This document shows positions 50,845 through 64,000 of a DNA stretch of 64,000 nt, in pieces; position 1 is the first letter of the stretch, and every line of letters begins with the position of its first letter. Both the position numbers and the translations under genes were made by a program. The notes under the pieces are model-generated. The model was not told the origin of the DNA. It saw only the letters and a program-made list of their open reading frames with translations, and did not search any database. The DNA comes from Lama guanicoe (Eukaryota). The stretch covers positions 806,001 through 870,000 of the forward strand of contig MU054132.1 in the NCBI GenBank assembly GCA_013239625.1, read 5' to 3'.

Positions 50845-53112
50845 CTGCAAACACATCCAAGAGCAACTCGTCATTGCTGGAAACACAGGGGCTTGGGTAA
50901 GAGCCCATTCAGAGAAAAAAGACACAGAAGTTTCTCTATGGCCTGTGAGGCATGGCTGCCACCATGGTTTAAGTGGGGCAGGTCACTTCTCACATAGCTT
51001 CCCCTGACCCACGTGGCTGGGGGAGCCACAAGTGTCTGAATCGGCCCCACCCTCCTTCAAGGCCCACCCCTTCCAAGAATCACTCCAGACCTTTTCAGAA
51101 TTTATGTTATATTTTGATTTTATTGTATTTTAATGGCTCTCTCTGCTAATTTTATTTCTTCAGTTAAATGATAAGCTCCTTCCTGGGCAAGTTCTGGGTC
51201 TTTCTTTCTTTCTCTCATAGTGCCTAGCCTAGCTGGGCACAAAATAGATTATCAAAAGCCTCTTGCTGATTGACTGTCTCCACCTGGGTCAGAGAGCTTC
51301 ACTCGGGCAGCTGCTGACAAGTTGGACAGTCCTGGGAGGCCCTACAGCTCCTGAACTGCATGCCATCCTTGGGTTTTTGGCCAAAACTAGGTCAGGTCCT
51401 GAAGGGAACAATTACTATGAGTGTCTGGGGCTCTTTCCTATTTCAACTGTAGCTGCTTTAGTGTACAAAGGAATCTGAGAGATAATTTAATCCAGTGTTT
51501 CTTAAACTTTCTAGATTTTGCCAGAAATAAAAACATATGAAACAAATAATTAAAGTGCCTTGCTTACCAGTCAATTCACCCAACCTTCTCCCAGGAGCTT
51601 TCCACCAAACTGCTATGGCTCTTCAAAGCATTTTGAAGCCCAATGATCTAATGCCTTGTGTCATCTTTCGGTGGAGAAAACTAAGGCCTGAAGAGGGGAA
51701 GCAACTCGCCTGATTGAAGCCTGCCCAGTACCCTGGAGCCACGTCAGCAGCTCAGAATTCCTGAAACACTCCTCTATGGCAGGAAGTGGTGGGGAGCACC
51801 CGTCAGGATGGAGTCCTGTACACAAACCATGGGTTATCAGCAGGCCACGACAGTGGTAAAGGCCAATGACACTAACTGCCACGGGGATAACAAACTGGTC
51901 AACCCTCCTGGTCAGCCAGCACATTTGTATATCACCTGTAAGGCAGCAAGGCAAGGATTTTCTCACCAAGGAAAAGACGTTCCCACTAGAATACGGCCTC
52001 TGATCACTGACTCGGCAGATTATTTTTTCTATTGTCATGATTCTATACTGACCCAGTTCAACTGCTCTCTTTCTTCTACTTTGTCCTTGCCCCTGGCGGT
52101 CCAGTGAAAAAAGAGACATGCCTTTGTCCACAGCATCTGTCTCCTGGCTGCAGAAAGTCTCCGAGTACTACAGTGCACTCAAGTCACTTCACAGCCTCAT
52201 GGAACTTTTGGTATAAGTCCTATGCTACTATCCACTTGTTCATTTCTTATTTTCCCAACTAGAGCTCCTGGAGGCCAGGAATTCCTATGCGTCCTAGTTC
52301 TGTGTACTGTGAACAGGACCTAATGCCTTATCACATACATGACTTATAAATGGACCTAGGATTACAGATGTGGCTGGGGTACCTGGCCACTACTGACTAC
52401 ATTTTGGGATCATTATGCTCCTGGTCTACAGCAGGAAAGGGCAGGCCAGGCTCTGAAGCAACCCTCTGCAGGTGTGGGCTGCAGCAGAGCAAGGGCTCCA
52501 CAGCAGAAACTTGGCTTCACACCACTGGACGGACACTGCTCGGCAGCACCTGGGCCTTCTCCACTCAGCCTAAGACCTCGCAGTCCTCAACACAGCCCCT
52601 GAACACTCTTTCCTCAGTCTAAGCAATGTATCAGAGTGGCTGCAAGAAACTTCTTTGTTATTCCTGCCCTAAACCAGTTCCTATTTTCTTTATACCTATC
52701 ACTTTTAAACGCTGTATGCATAAAAGGCTCCTGTAAGGAAAATAATTACTCTATAGTTAAATAAATAACAGCTCTGTAGGTCTACCAGGATTCAAATCAG
52801 ACAGACTTAAACAGGTGTGGGAGCGTTGTCTTTGGCCTCCCCACAGACCCTGATGTCAAGGGTGCATGCCACTAAAGGCTATGGCACATGAGCCCGAATG
52901 ACTGGGAGCACTTTTCATTCATCACCTGGGTACCTGCCCATCAGGGGTGCTAGAGAGCACTGGCCAAAAACCAGTCTTTTGGAGCACATGGTTCCAGGTC
53001 TTAACTGTCCATGGACCTGCCAAATCCCAGAGAGAACAAAAAGCCCTCTTTCCTTGTCTACAGCCCTCCCCGAAAGACCCTGGGGTGATGCATTCCCCAC
53101 CTCGCTACTTAC

Positions 53113-53289
53113 ACATGCCGTTAGGTGCCGTGAGGGGTAGCCGGGGTCCTAAGATGTTTCCTGGGATTGGAGGCATACCAGGAGGGGTAGGACCACTCCC
53201 AGGGGGGTGGATGTTGGCTGCAACGGTGGGAATCATGCGACCTGGCATGGGCTGCCCAGGCATCATGGAAGTGGGGCCTGGTATCTGAC
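53113..53289 (-). CDS. SMARCC1: SMARCC1 penultimate coding exon (GQIPGPTSMMPGQPMPGRMIPTVAANIHPPGSGPTPPGMPPIPGNILGPRLPLTAPNGM)
   Basis: ttctacag| acceptor, |gtaagt donor, 177 nt, phase 1 to 1; matches the Pro-rich BAF155 tail. Confidence 0.96.
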
Positions 53290-53974
53290 CTGTAGAAGGA
53301 GAGTTAAAGTACTAAGGTAAGTGTACTCACTGCCCAGACTGCTAAATACAAATACCTAACCCTCCAAAGGATGTGAAACACCAACAGAGCAATAATCTGT
53401 AATAATCTCTCTGTCTTTTAATTTGGGGGATGGGGGCAGAGGGACAATAAAGCAGGTCTGTGGAGTGAATGACTACCCTAAACCCTGGTACAGGCAGGTA
53501 GCTGTAAGAAGAAATTACCAAAAAATCATTCTAAAAGAAAGCATTCATTCTAGTCAGTTTTGGTGAACAATGGATTGTCATATATATTCCTGAGGACACA
53601 AAATGCCAAGAACAGATCACAGGGAATGGAGAGGAGGACTTTTAACAGCAAGTCAGTGCACAGTTCAGGGACTGTAGCTCAGTCCAGATTGAGCTTCACA
53701 CACAGGCTATGTGGGAAGGTATGCCTGAAAGTCACTACTATGAGATCACCATTAAAAAGGAATTCTAACTGGGATCCTCAAGTCTTGTTCACCAAAAAAT
53801 CTCTCTTTTTCTCCTCCACCATGAACCACAGGTCTTGGAGAACCATGGTTGGGGGGCACACACAGGAGATAGACAACTTCTTTAGCTCTCTCTATTGCTT
53901 TGAAACAAATGACAGGAGACACTAGATACAAAAAAGGAAAAACACCTCCTTCATTAAGTTTCATACTGAACCTT

Positions 53975-54293
53975 TAGAACTTTCAGCAAACTTTTTCTGT
54001 AAAGAGCCAGAAAGTAATAAGTATTTGGACTTTGCAGGCCACATGGTCTCTGTCACAACAATTCAACTTTGCTCTTGTAGCATGAGAGAGTATATAACAA
54101 ACAGGTGTGGCTGTGCCCCAATAAATCTTTATTTATGGACTCTGAAATGTGAATTTCACATAATTTTCATGTGACATAAATAGTCTTCTTTTGAGTTGTC
54201 CTCAGTCATTCAAATCGCAAAAACCATCCTGAGCCTATGGCTCCTACAAAAACAGAAGATAGGCCAGATCTGGTTGTAGTTAGTCAATCTTGC
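53975..54293 (+). mobile_element. MER58B-like hAT-Charlie MITE
   Basis: cagcaaactttttctgtaaagagccag...ctttgcaggccacatggtctctgtcacaac...ccaataaatctttatttatggac. Confidence 0.8.
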
Positions 54294-57059
54294 CTTAGAC
54301 ACGATGGTGGGTATTTATTAGTTCTTGAACTAGTGGTCTCACTGCTGGGCTTGGTTTTAAAGAGCTATACATGAAGGAGAATAGTTTAATGCACACAAAC
54401 TAAGGCTAAAGCTATATATAAGAGCTTATTATACTCTACACAATAAAGACAGAGAATCCATGCAGTTTTTTTCTCTTTCTTTTTTTGATCTAGTGATTTT
54501 ACCATCCATGTAAGGTCAACTGTATGAAACTGAATACAGGCTTCTAGGTATAGTCCTGAAACAACCTGAAATAAGACGGCTTGAGGTCCAGTCCTGGAAA
54601 ATTTGGGAGATGGGACTAGCTGATAGCTAACTGGCAATTAAAGTATAGAGAACAGTATTGGAGATAACTCAAGTAAGGAATTCTGACAGGGCTTAGAAAA
54701 AAGTCCATCTTAAAGAAAGGTACACAAAGCTTCCAGCCTCACACCATTTACTTCCAATGTCTGTTCCCTGATGCAGCACTCAAAAGAGAGAGGAGCCTTT
54801 CACTACAGAGTGTCCACGAATAGAATTCTACTGAGACACAAGAGTCAGGAAGAGAGGTGGACCACTGTCTTTGGGGCCTATTTTTTAAAGCATAGTACAT
54901 CAACATTATGTCCCAGAATAAACAGGACAGCAAGTCTTGGGCCCTCTGGCCCAACTTTCTGTGCTCTATAACACCATTGTGCAAAAGCATAGCAGAGAAG
55001 CCCTGAGGCCCACCTTCTGGAGGACAACTTGGTCAAATCGCCTCAGAGGAAGCAAGAGCAGGTGCTGGACTGACATCACCCTTACACCAACTGAGCATCA
55101 GTTATTAAAAGCTGCTGGATGCCTGTGCCACAGGGCTGGGATGGATCCAGGCAGTGCTGAAGAGCCTTCCATGTAGGGAATGACACAGGCACAAAAGAAA
55201 CAACTGGCAAGTACATTATAGCCATACAAAGGATGAGCATACATAACGGGGTGGCAGGCAGATCAAAGGAGAGCTATGGAAGGAGCAAGTAAAAGAAGCC
55301 TGACACCTTCTGGTTAACCAAGACCAACATGAATGACTTGAAGTTTTGGGTAACGTGTAAATAAACTGAAGGAGAGGAATTAAGAATAGGATGACAGCAG
55401 ACTGTCCTAAGCACAAGGCTCAGCCTGAGTTACACAACCAGAAAATATCAACGTTGGCCCGCTACTCCACTGACACGCAGCATCTTCAGACTCACCACTT
55501 GCTCTGAGGTAACCACACCCACTTATTATTTACCATCCACCTTTCACTGAGGAGTAACAGGTTCAAAAGTTTAAAAAAAAAAAAAAGGTTACAAAGCCAA
55601 ATTGTCCATGCTTGGTTTGTCTGACAGAAATCAAAGCAAAGGGGGCCGATGAGTCATTCACAGAAAGAGAAAGCAGGGCGGGGGCCTTGGCCCATAAGGC
55701 TACAGGGGGCTGGGGGAAAGGTTCTGGAGAAGAGAGGAACATGGGACAGATTTCCTGTGTGGTGGAGAGCTTTCAGAAGGGATGCAGATGAACCTGAGCC
55801 TAGAGCTAAGGAAAAAAGCTTTTGCGAAGGAGGAGGGCCAGCATGAGGTCACGAAGAGGAGAAAAGAGTTGGGAACAGCACCCTCCAGGCATCCTGCTGG
55901 TGGGAGACAGAGCATGGAGGAGGAGTGGGGGTAGGGCTGAGAAGGAGAAAGAACTCAGGTTTGGCATCTGACTGGCCTATGATGTGCAGGTGGGATGACG
56001 TGAAGAGGGTTGGGGAGGACTTTTGCTTTGGAAATGGGAGATGTGGGATTGGCACCACGGTGGAACCCTGAGAGATGGGATGAAGGGAAGGTACAGAACT
56101 CTCAAAGTATCCTATGGGCAGGAAGGAGCACGCAGACAGCCTTATTATTCTAGGAATTGGAGCCAGTCCTCTGAAGTTGTTAAAGAGCCACTTTTGTTTT
56201 TCAGGAGACACTCTCCCAGTTCTCTTCCACCACACTTCCCTGCTTAGGCCATTACTAAACACAATGCTTTGTTTCCCACTCTCTGAGTCTCTACTAGTGC
56301 TTCTCAATGGTATTCCAAGTGGTGTGACTGGGAGAGAGGAGACACTTTTTTTTGTTGGAGGCAGGAGGCTGAGTTTGAAGTCCAGACCTACGGAATTCCA
56401 TCCAAGTGGAGATGAAGGAATACCTTTAGTGGACTCGCTATGATGAACGGAAGCCATATACTAGAACAGGTAACATGGCCCGTGTCCATCAACGTGCCCA
56501 GACTGCTGCCTTCTACCAAGTTCAACCTGGACAAGAGGCCTTGACCAGTTAGGAAGGACATTCTGCCAGCCCTTCTCAGGTCTCTCTCTCTCTCAAGAAG
56601 AGTGACAGGAGAGCACTGAAGAATGCGTTTACAAAAATGCCAGAGCAAGCCCTGAGTACAGAGAAAGAAAGAGGGACGAGCACACACCAAGTGTGCTCAC
56701 GTAAGTGACAGGAAACACAACTGTTCAGTCCCAACCACTTCTTGTTTTCAGCACTATGACAGAATTTTATACTTTGATGTTTAGAGCAAGGCATGGGTTG
56801 CCCCAAATCCTGGCTGAACAGTCGGCATCTCAGTCAGTGAGCCACCCAATACCATCCTCCACAGGGAAAGTACAGATGGAGACTAAAAAGCATGATCTTA
56901 TTTCCACTGGACCTCAACTCACATGAGTGGTCTTGGCCAAGTCACTCAGGATGCGCTGAACCTTGGTTTCCTGAGATTATTATAAGGAGTGAAGCTAAAC
57001 ATCTGTTCTACTCTCAACATCCGGCTTTCTGGATGATCAGGGAAACTGTTTATTTGTTG

Positions 57060-57245
57060 TAGTGCATTATTATGTCACTGGCTTGTCCAACAGCCTTATA
57101 AGAGGCAGAGCAAATATTTTCTTTTTGTAGAGAGTAAACAGAAGCTCAGAAAAGTTAAGAGACTGATTTATGGTCACAGAATTTGTAAGAGGAATCAGAT
57201 CTATCTTCTGACTCTAAATCCAATTCTCTTTCTACCACACTATTC
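57060..57245 (-). mobile_element. MIR remnant
   Basis: aaacagaagctcagaaaagttaag...ggtcacag...tctgactctaaatcc. Confidence 0.6.
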
Positions 57246-57429
57246 TGTGCTCAAATGAAACAGTTCATGTGAAAGGACTTAATACAACAGCCAGCATTAA
57301 AAACAAAAACAAAAACCCAAAACCAAAAACTAAGATGCAAACTTTAATTCCAAGCACCATGTTTTCTTCATTACTGTATCCCAGTAATAGGGGCTGCTCT
57401 GCTTGACAAACATACCTTCTAAAGGCACC

Positions 57430-57835
57430 TGGCAGTGGGTGGGATGCTGGCCCTCAAACAGATATGCACACGTTCTAATACCTGGAAACTATAAATGTAA
57501 CCATATTTGGAAAAAGGAGTCTTTGTAGATTTGATTACATTAAGGATCTCGAATTTAGATCATCTCCTAGATTATCTTGGTGGGCCCCAAGTCCAGTGAC
57601 AAGTGTCCTTATAAGGGACCCATGGAGGAGAGGATACAGAGAGAAGAAGGCAAGGTAAAGATGGAGCAAAGAAAGGTGTGCCCACAAGCCAAGGAATGCT
57701 ACCAGCCACCAGAAGCTGGAAGAGGCAAAGAACAAACTCTCCCCTACAGCCCCTGGAGAGAACAAGACTTGCTCTAGCAGCTCCCAGAATTGTGAGAGAA
57801 TACATTTCTGTTGTTTTAAGTCACCATGTTTGTGA
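57430..57835 (+). mobile_element. MaLR LTR (MLT1D-like)
   Basis: ttctaatacctggaaac...tttggaaaaaggagtctttgtagat...gccaaggaatgc...cagaattgtgagagaatacatttctgttgttttaag. Confidence 0.8.
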
Positions 57836-58689
57836 AAAGGGAAGACATAAAGACTGAGTAGCTCACCCAATGTCATAAAGTGTATAAACAGGGGGACCCA
57901 GATCTGACTGGGATACTCCGGCTCAGAGGCGGTGCTTGTAACAGCAGTGCAGTGTGAGGACGAGGGTCTGGAGGAAGAGGGCCTAACCCTATACTAGATG
58001 ATGTGAGGCAAACCCTGTTGCCACTAAGCTGACAGGTCAGTTATTCGACCCACACCTAGCTCCAGAAACAATCTGGCACACAGGAGAATCAGTGGCACAT
58101 CAACACAGACTCATGAGGTGATACCTACTCAAAACACACTGGGATAAGCCTGCAGACTCTGCCTTCAGGCCCAGCCGTGCTATTTCCAAAGCTACCTGCT
58201 CAGCGGCAGTGGCCCATTTACCTATTTCCCTATATCTTGATGGCAACAAGCCGGGATAGAGTAGCTTCAGGGTTTTTCAATGCTATATGCCCAACAGCTG
58301 AACAAAAATCTTTCCTTTTTCTTGCTACAAATCCTGAAGCCTAGAGTAAAATAAAGTCCTTCTATCCTCCTGTCACAAACAGAGCCATAAAGCCACTGGG
58401 ATACAGGTGTTCAAGGTAGGAGAGGACAGTGGTTCCTTGGGAGAGCTGATAGCAAAAGGGATGGAAGAAAAGCAGTTTACTCCTCTTGTGGGACCTTGCA
58501 CAAACACTTCTCAGGAAAGTAAGAGGCACTAAGAGTGAGGCTTGTCCCTGTGCTATCCAGGGATGCAGGCGGCCTAGGGCAGTGGATTTAGAAAACAGAC
58601 AGGGAGGAGACAGAATGTTGCTCTGAGTTGGGGCCTATCACTTGCCAGGCAATAAAAGGTACCTCGAGGTTGTTACGAAGACTGCACAA

Positions 58690-58845
58690 CAGTAAGGGCC
58701 CATTTTCAAGATAAGGAAACTAAGTCTCAGGGAGGCTATGTAATTTGGTCCGAAGTCACAATGAACAAGTAGCTGAGTTGAGATTCAAGTCCAGCCTCTA
58801 TGACCCTGAGACTCATTCTTGTTTCCTTTACACCACTCTGCCTCC
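58690..58845 (-). mobile_element. MIR remnant
   Basis: cccattttcaagataaggaaactaagtctcagggaggc...gagattcaagtccag. Confidence 0.65.
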
Positions 58846-60414
58846 TTAAAGGAGTCATTTCTCTCCTTGGAAAAGCTGGTTTCTAAGGATCAAACTTGAG
58901 ATGGGGCAGAATTTTAAGAGGACTGAAGAAAAGACAAAAATCAATTTCTTGTAAGTCAACCCCTGTCCTTTTGAAATCTAAATGTCTCTGTGCTTTTCTG
59001 GTTTCTGATACAGGTCTCACCACTTTTAAATGGGTGACAATGTCTGAAAGCATTTCCATTAATTCTTATTAAAACATGAAGAAGTGTGGCCAAATGAACA
59101 GGAGCAGGCCTTACCAAACGCAATAAAGGGTGTGTGTATGTATTTTCCATTAAAAAAAAAATTCAGGTGTTTCCTTCCCCAGTAGACAGGGAGGTGAGAG
59201 ATGTGGCTTCAGAACAAAGCATAAACTGGTGGGAGTCTGACCTACATACAAGCTGTTTTTTTTCAAGCAGCAGGCATCTGAAGCCTGTAAAATGGAAAGG
59301 TTTGCTAAAATTAGGCTTTGCCTAGTGGAAAAATCCTTCACACTCTCAGGTTTATTAGATCTTCTACAGAAGCGTTATGGACATCACACCTAATGGAGTA
59401 TTATTTAAGGATTCTATTTCTATTCTTTGGGATGGGAGAGGCAGGTGGGAAAAGAACATGAAACTAGGAAAAGAACCTTATGAGTTTCCAAACTTAAGCA
59501 TATTTTGTCGCTGTTTCTAACCATGCACACAGCACATTTTCTGGCTGAGTCCCCTGGAGAACGGAAATATCACAATCAGGGCCAAGTGAGGGGAAACCCA
59601 GGCTCCGTTCCTCGGAGACTGCTCCTCCCACAGCAGCTTCCGGGGGGTGAAGGGGCGCCTGCGAAAGACGCTTTTTTCTTTTTTCTTTTTTGTACAGACG
59701 CTCTTTGTTGAAGACTGGACCCTCACTGTTCTCTTTGTGAGGGTAACCTGCTACTCCGGAAAGTGGCACGGCAGCCTTGTTATCACATGATGCAAACAGG
59801 ACCAAAGGCACTGCAGATAATAAAAACTTGGCTGATGTGATGAGCTAGTCCTGTTCCCTTTTCAGTGCAGGGCTGTGAGTTGGAGTGCGGGAGGGCAGGG
59901 GAGGCTGGGAAGTAATGACTGGTTGCAATCCTTTCCTGAGTACTATTTCCCACGGGAGGGTTGTATAAGTGGGTCTAACTTGGGGGCTTAAAAGCCAAGT
60001 GCCTAATGCCTGGCTTTATTTCCCTGAACAACCAACATTTTACTAACTGATGCAAATATTTTAGTTTTATCGTTAAAACATCTCTACCATGTCTGAATTC
60101 TCATCAAATCAGATCAATTCCTATTCTGATTTTTTAAGGCACTTCTAAAAATTCTTACACTATTAATGAGGAAACCATAAAGATATTTAAACCAACATGT
60201 CCTTCTCCCTCTGCTCTTTACACAGAGGCAAATAACAAAGGCTTCCCTAATACAGGAAGCTCACTCCAGATCCATGAGGTATGAAGAGTGCCTTATTTAC
60301 TATTAAAAGCCAAGGAGAGAAGAGGGCTTACAATGCACTTACATACTAGCTTTCTGTCATTTCCTCTTTACTCAACTTACTGATAGGTAATCTTCCTTTA
60401 AATACATTTGGCCA

Positions 60415-60568
60415 GCCATTCCCCCGTATCCATGGCTTTTGCATCTGTGGATATGGAAGGCCAACTGTATACCGTGCCATTTTATATAAGGGGCTTGAGC
60501 ATCTGAGGATGCTGATATCCACGGAGGGCTCCTGGAACCAATCCCTGATGGATACCAAGGGATGACGG
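60415..60568. mobile_element. TcMar-Tigger MITE (MER2/Tigger4-like)
   Basis: ccattttatataaggggcttgagcatc...cctggaaccaatccc...ggataccaagggatgac. Confidence 0.7.
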
Positions 60569-61849
60569 CATGTGCCAAGGCCTGTGGAGGAGACTCGCAG
60601 CAGTCAGGGGTGCCCTCCTTGCTCAACTGTCAGCAGCACAATCAAGAAGACATCAGGAAACAGCAGCCACTCCTAGGCCACTCTCCTTCTTGCCTTCTTG
60701 ACTGCCCATGTGCTGTCATGGATACAATGTATGTGCTCAAGAAATGGGGGCTGTCATGACTATTCACCTTGTGCCATTTGGAATGGCAGCCTTAACAGGG
60801 AGAACTAATGAGGCTTTAACTGAGGAATATTTCATGAAATCACACACGTTTAAGTGAAAAGATGAAATGCAGTACTGTGTGTTTTACAAAGGTTGGCAAA
60901 ACTGCCACCTTCAGTTTCCATTTGCCAATTGTACACCATAAACTTTCCACTCAGATTCTTCGACTTTTTGTTTGGTGAAAACAAATCAACTTGGGACACT
61001 TTATCAGATAACAAAACCTACAAAAAGCCGGAATGAGTTAGGAGTAGGATCAAATAAGGGCCCAGGAAGAGAGACCAGCATACAGATGGAACTCTCTATA
61101 CAAAATTCTAAGCATGTGAATGAATTAAAGAGGGGAGGCGAGGACTGTGGAAGAACAAACTAAAAGGAACATGTGCATTTATCCTAGCCCCTCTGGTGCC
61201 AGGCCCACTCGTGTATGACCGTCTCGCAGGTTCACAACACTGAGTCATATCTCAATGGGCTCTACCACTAACTGATGGCCAGTTTTGTGGAGAAAAGATT
61301 ACATGTGATTTATGTACAAAATGATATAAACTCGTAAGAAGCCAGAGAGCTGGACAAATTAATCACTCAGTAATAAATCTGTCTTGACCTTCTCATCAGT
61401 TCCCCAGCACTGCTGACTTTTAGAGACTCATTTTTCCTCTTCCTTCACACACACTATAAATTCTGGCCAAATACCAAAAGCTAGCCAACTGACCTCCTAA
61501 CATAAATGCTGTGGCCTGCTAACTTTTTTAGAACCTAGGAAACATCAGTTGGAAGGACCATGATCACAGTTCTTAACTTACATCTGTGGCAAATCAGAGA
61601 CTAAAGCCATTCTCTATCTAAAACGCTACAGACTTCCTCACCTGCATTGATACAAAAGGCCCCTTTACCCAATTTTTAGAATAGTGTATCAGACTTATTT
61701 GTTACAATCAACCTTTTCTGAACTGGTGCTGTTAAGACAACTTTTAACTAGTGTGTTCAACTTACTGATGTTCTTAATTTTACTAACACACCTGATTTTA
61801 TATTTCAATTCCAAAGTAACACCACAAAAGGGGAAATCATAAAAAATGA

Positions 61850-62445
61850 TTCCCTTGAGCTGCTGGAACTCTCACATACTGCTAGAAAATGTAAACTGGC
61901 ATTACCATTTTGGCAAAATTTTGGCAGCATCTACTAATCTGAATATATGGATATCCTATGACCCATTCTAGGCACATACCACATTCCAATAATTAGGGGC
62001 ACACACAACAGAAATGTATATCCGAGTCTCCAAAAGACATGTGCACACGCGTGTTTACAGCAGCACTCACTATTTGTAACAACTAAAATGGAAATGAAGT
62101 CAGTGTCCATCAGCAACAGGAATGGATGAGTAACTCGTGGTAGAGCCCCACAGTGGAACACATGCAGGAGAAAGAAGGAACAAATTTGTGACCACTCATG
62201 ACAATGCAGATGCGTCTCACACACAGTGCTGAGTGAAAGCCAGACAAACAAAAATCACTTTGTGATTCCATCTAGATGACACTGAAACAGCTGTTACCCA
62301 TGGGAGGGAGAGATGTTGAGACGAGTATGAGGGGGCTTCCGGCTGTTGGTTACACAGGTATACTCTCTTTGTTAAAAACCACCCTGCCAAATACTTATGA
62401 CTTGTGTATTTTTCCATATGTACATTATATTTCAATTAAAATTTT
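61850..62445 (+). mobile_element. L1ME-like 3' end
   Basis: ggaactctcacatactgct...tatgacccattc...aagccagacaaac...tgtacattatatttcaattaaaa. Confidence 0.7.
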
Positions 62446-62704
62446 AAGGAAGGAGAATAGCTTGGCATAGATTAAAAAAAAACCCTCTCATAATACATGT
62501 AATGATCCTTTTCTTTAAAATTCACTTAAGAAAAGCCTGTTTCTGTGAGAAAGTAAAAAACAGAAAAATGACCTATTTTTAGTCCAAAGGCTATTTTTTA
62601 TGGACTTGTTTTTTTTGGGCATTGTCTCCCTAGGAGAACAGCTGTATCTGAGTGTGATGTAAATCCCCTTAGTCCTCTGTCACAAGAGGTAGCACTGTGA
62701 TATC

Positions 62705-62850
62705 CCTTTGGAATCAGAGAGAGCCTGGTATGAATCCTGGCTCCACCATGGAGCAAGGCGATGTGGCCTTGCCTGGCATCAGTTCTTCAACTGTACAGGG
62801 AAGACAATGAGAAGTAAGCAAAATAATGAGGGTGAAGGGCCTGGCATACA
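62705..62850 (+). mobile_element. MIR remnant
   Basis: ggaatcagagagagcctggtatgaatcctggctccacc...cagttcttcaactgta. Confidence 0.5.
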
Positions 62851-64000
62851 AACACCTGTTCTTACCACGATGCAATCGCCCCATCTCTTACAAGCTACAT
62901 GCAGATGTTGGAGCTCCTTAGATGTTCCCTGAGAACAGTTATTGCATATGATGATGTTTTAACACCATGGAGAACCAAATACCAGTCACAGTGAACTTCC
63001 TCCTAAACATTAATTCCAATAGTTTTTGGAGCTAAAAATTTAACATCACTACTGTTTTTAAAAAATCACTTTGTGATCATCACTCTGTCAAGCATTTGTA
63101 TCTTTTGAAAGTTTAACTCTGAAGAAAATTAGATCTCATACAGAGAATTTAAGACCCACTCAAGCAGAGACACAGAAGGACTGAGGAAGAAAGCATCCTG
63201 TGTCATGAGCATGGCAGACTTCTAAGACTAACTCCACAAACATCATGTGGCAAGTCTGATGATGGCAGTAAGTTCCACAACCGCAATTTAATAGTGTGTA
63301 TGTGAGAAAACAAATGCTTCCCAATTAAAGTCAACCTAGCTTCATTTTTGGGTGAAGCCATTAAAAACTAATACCTAAACATGTTTAGGGTTATAAATTA
63401 AAGATTCAAGTTGATACTTCAAGTTGTCAGATCATAGTTTTCTTCAGTTACGGCCTTCTCTGGCAAACATGGCTGGTCATTTCCACAAGATTTAGAAATT
63501 CTGTCATTTGAGGAAGGCAGGCCAACTGACATTAGTCATGAAGGGATCCTCCCAGGTCTCTCTGTATTTATCTTAGCTCACCTCTACATGCCTTGGCCAG
63601 ACAACTTGCATCCCAGAAAACCAAACACTGACTCTGGGAGGCACCTGGCACCTTACTATAATCTAACTATAAAAATCTTACAGGAAGACTGTTACTAGAG
63701 TAATATAATACACAGCACATAGCCACATATTGTCCTGTAAAGAGGGAAGGAATATGGGGTTGGGGGAATGCTGAAATTAAAGGTAACATTTTAGGTTTTA
63801 ATCATGTTAGCAGTTAAGTTTGAAAGAACTGTGAGCTAAGTTTTCAAGGTGGTTAAAATGTGGTAAATATTTGCCAACTTAAAAGGATACCCAGGAGTTA
63901 AAGATATGGGACAATATGAGCATGAAAAAGAATAATGCCCATAGATTGAAACACATAAAAATGCAAAAATATGTAAATTCACAATATTAAAAACGTACAC

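Noticed and set aside
55849..56457. 202-aa minus-strand ORF in the SMARCC1 intron
   Set aside because: No similarity to BAF155 or any protein I recognise; no convincing splice structure
1..64000. CRISPR arrays, operons, rRNA or a novel multi-gene system
   Set aside because: Mammalian spliced locus; no repeat-spacer arrays, rRNA or intact unexplained coding genes seen

Overview
Mammalian genomic DNA, probably camelid (four copies of a tRNA-derived SINE resembling Vic-1). Three known genes lie head-to-tail on the minus strand, in the same order as human 3p21.31: the last two coding exons and 3'UTR of SMARCC1 (about 48.4-53.3 kb, with a long intron running off the right edge); the complete CSPG5/neuroglycan C gene (5 coding exons, 30.6-42.9 kb, 572 aa long form or 545 aa using the upstream exon 4 donor); and the first three coding exons of ELP6 (1.2-4.1 kb). 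ELP6 and CSPG5 have CpG-island promoters. The ELP6-CSPG5 interval is mostly nested L1/L2/LTR/DNA-transposon/SINE debris. I see no evidence of a new multi-gene system. The most interesting unexplained signals are inside CSPG5: a frame-preserving 60-nt candidate cassette exon in intron 3, and a phase-compatible 217-nt exon-like segment in intron 4 (one early stop, then AATAAA) followed by a second segment with a decayed acceptor, possibly a lost or alternative cytoplasmic tail. Gene calls rest on recalled human protein sequences plus splice-site and phase checks. Repeat family names are by eye and repeat boundaries are approximate. No database searches were run.
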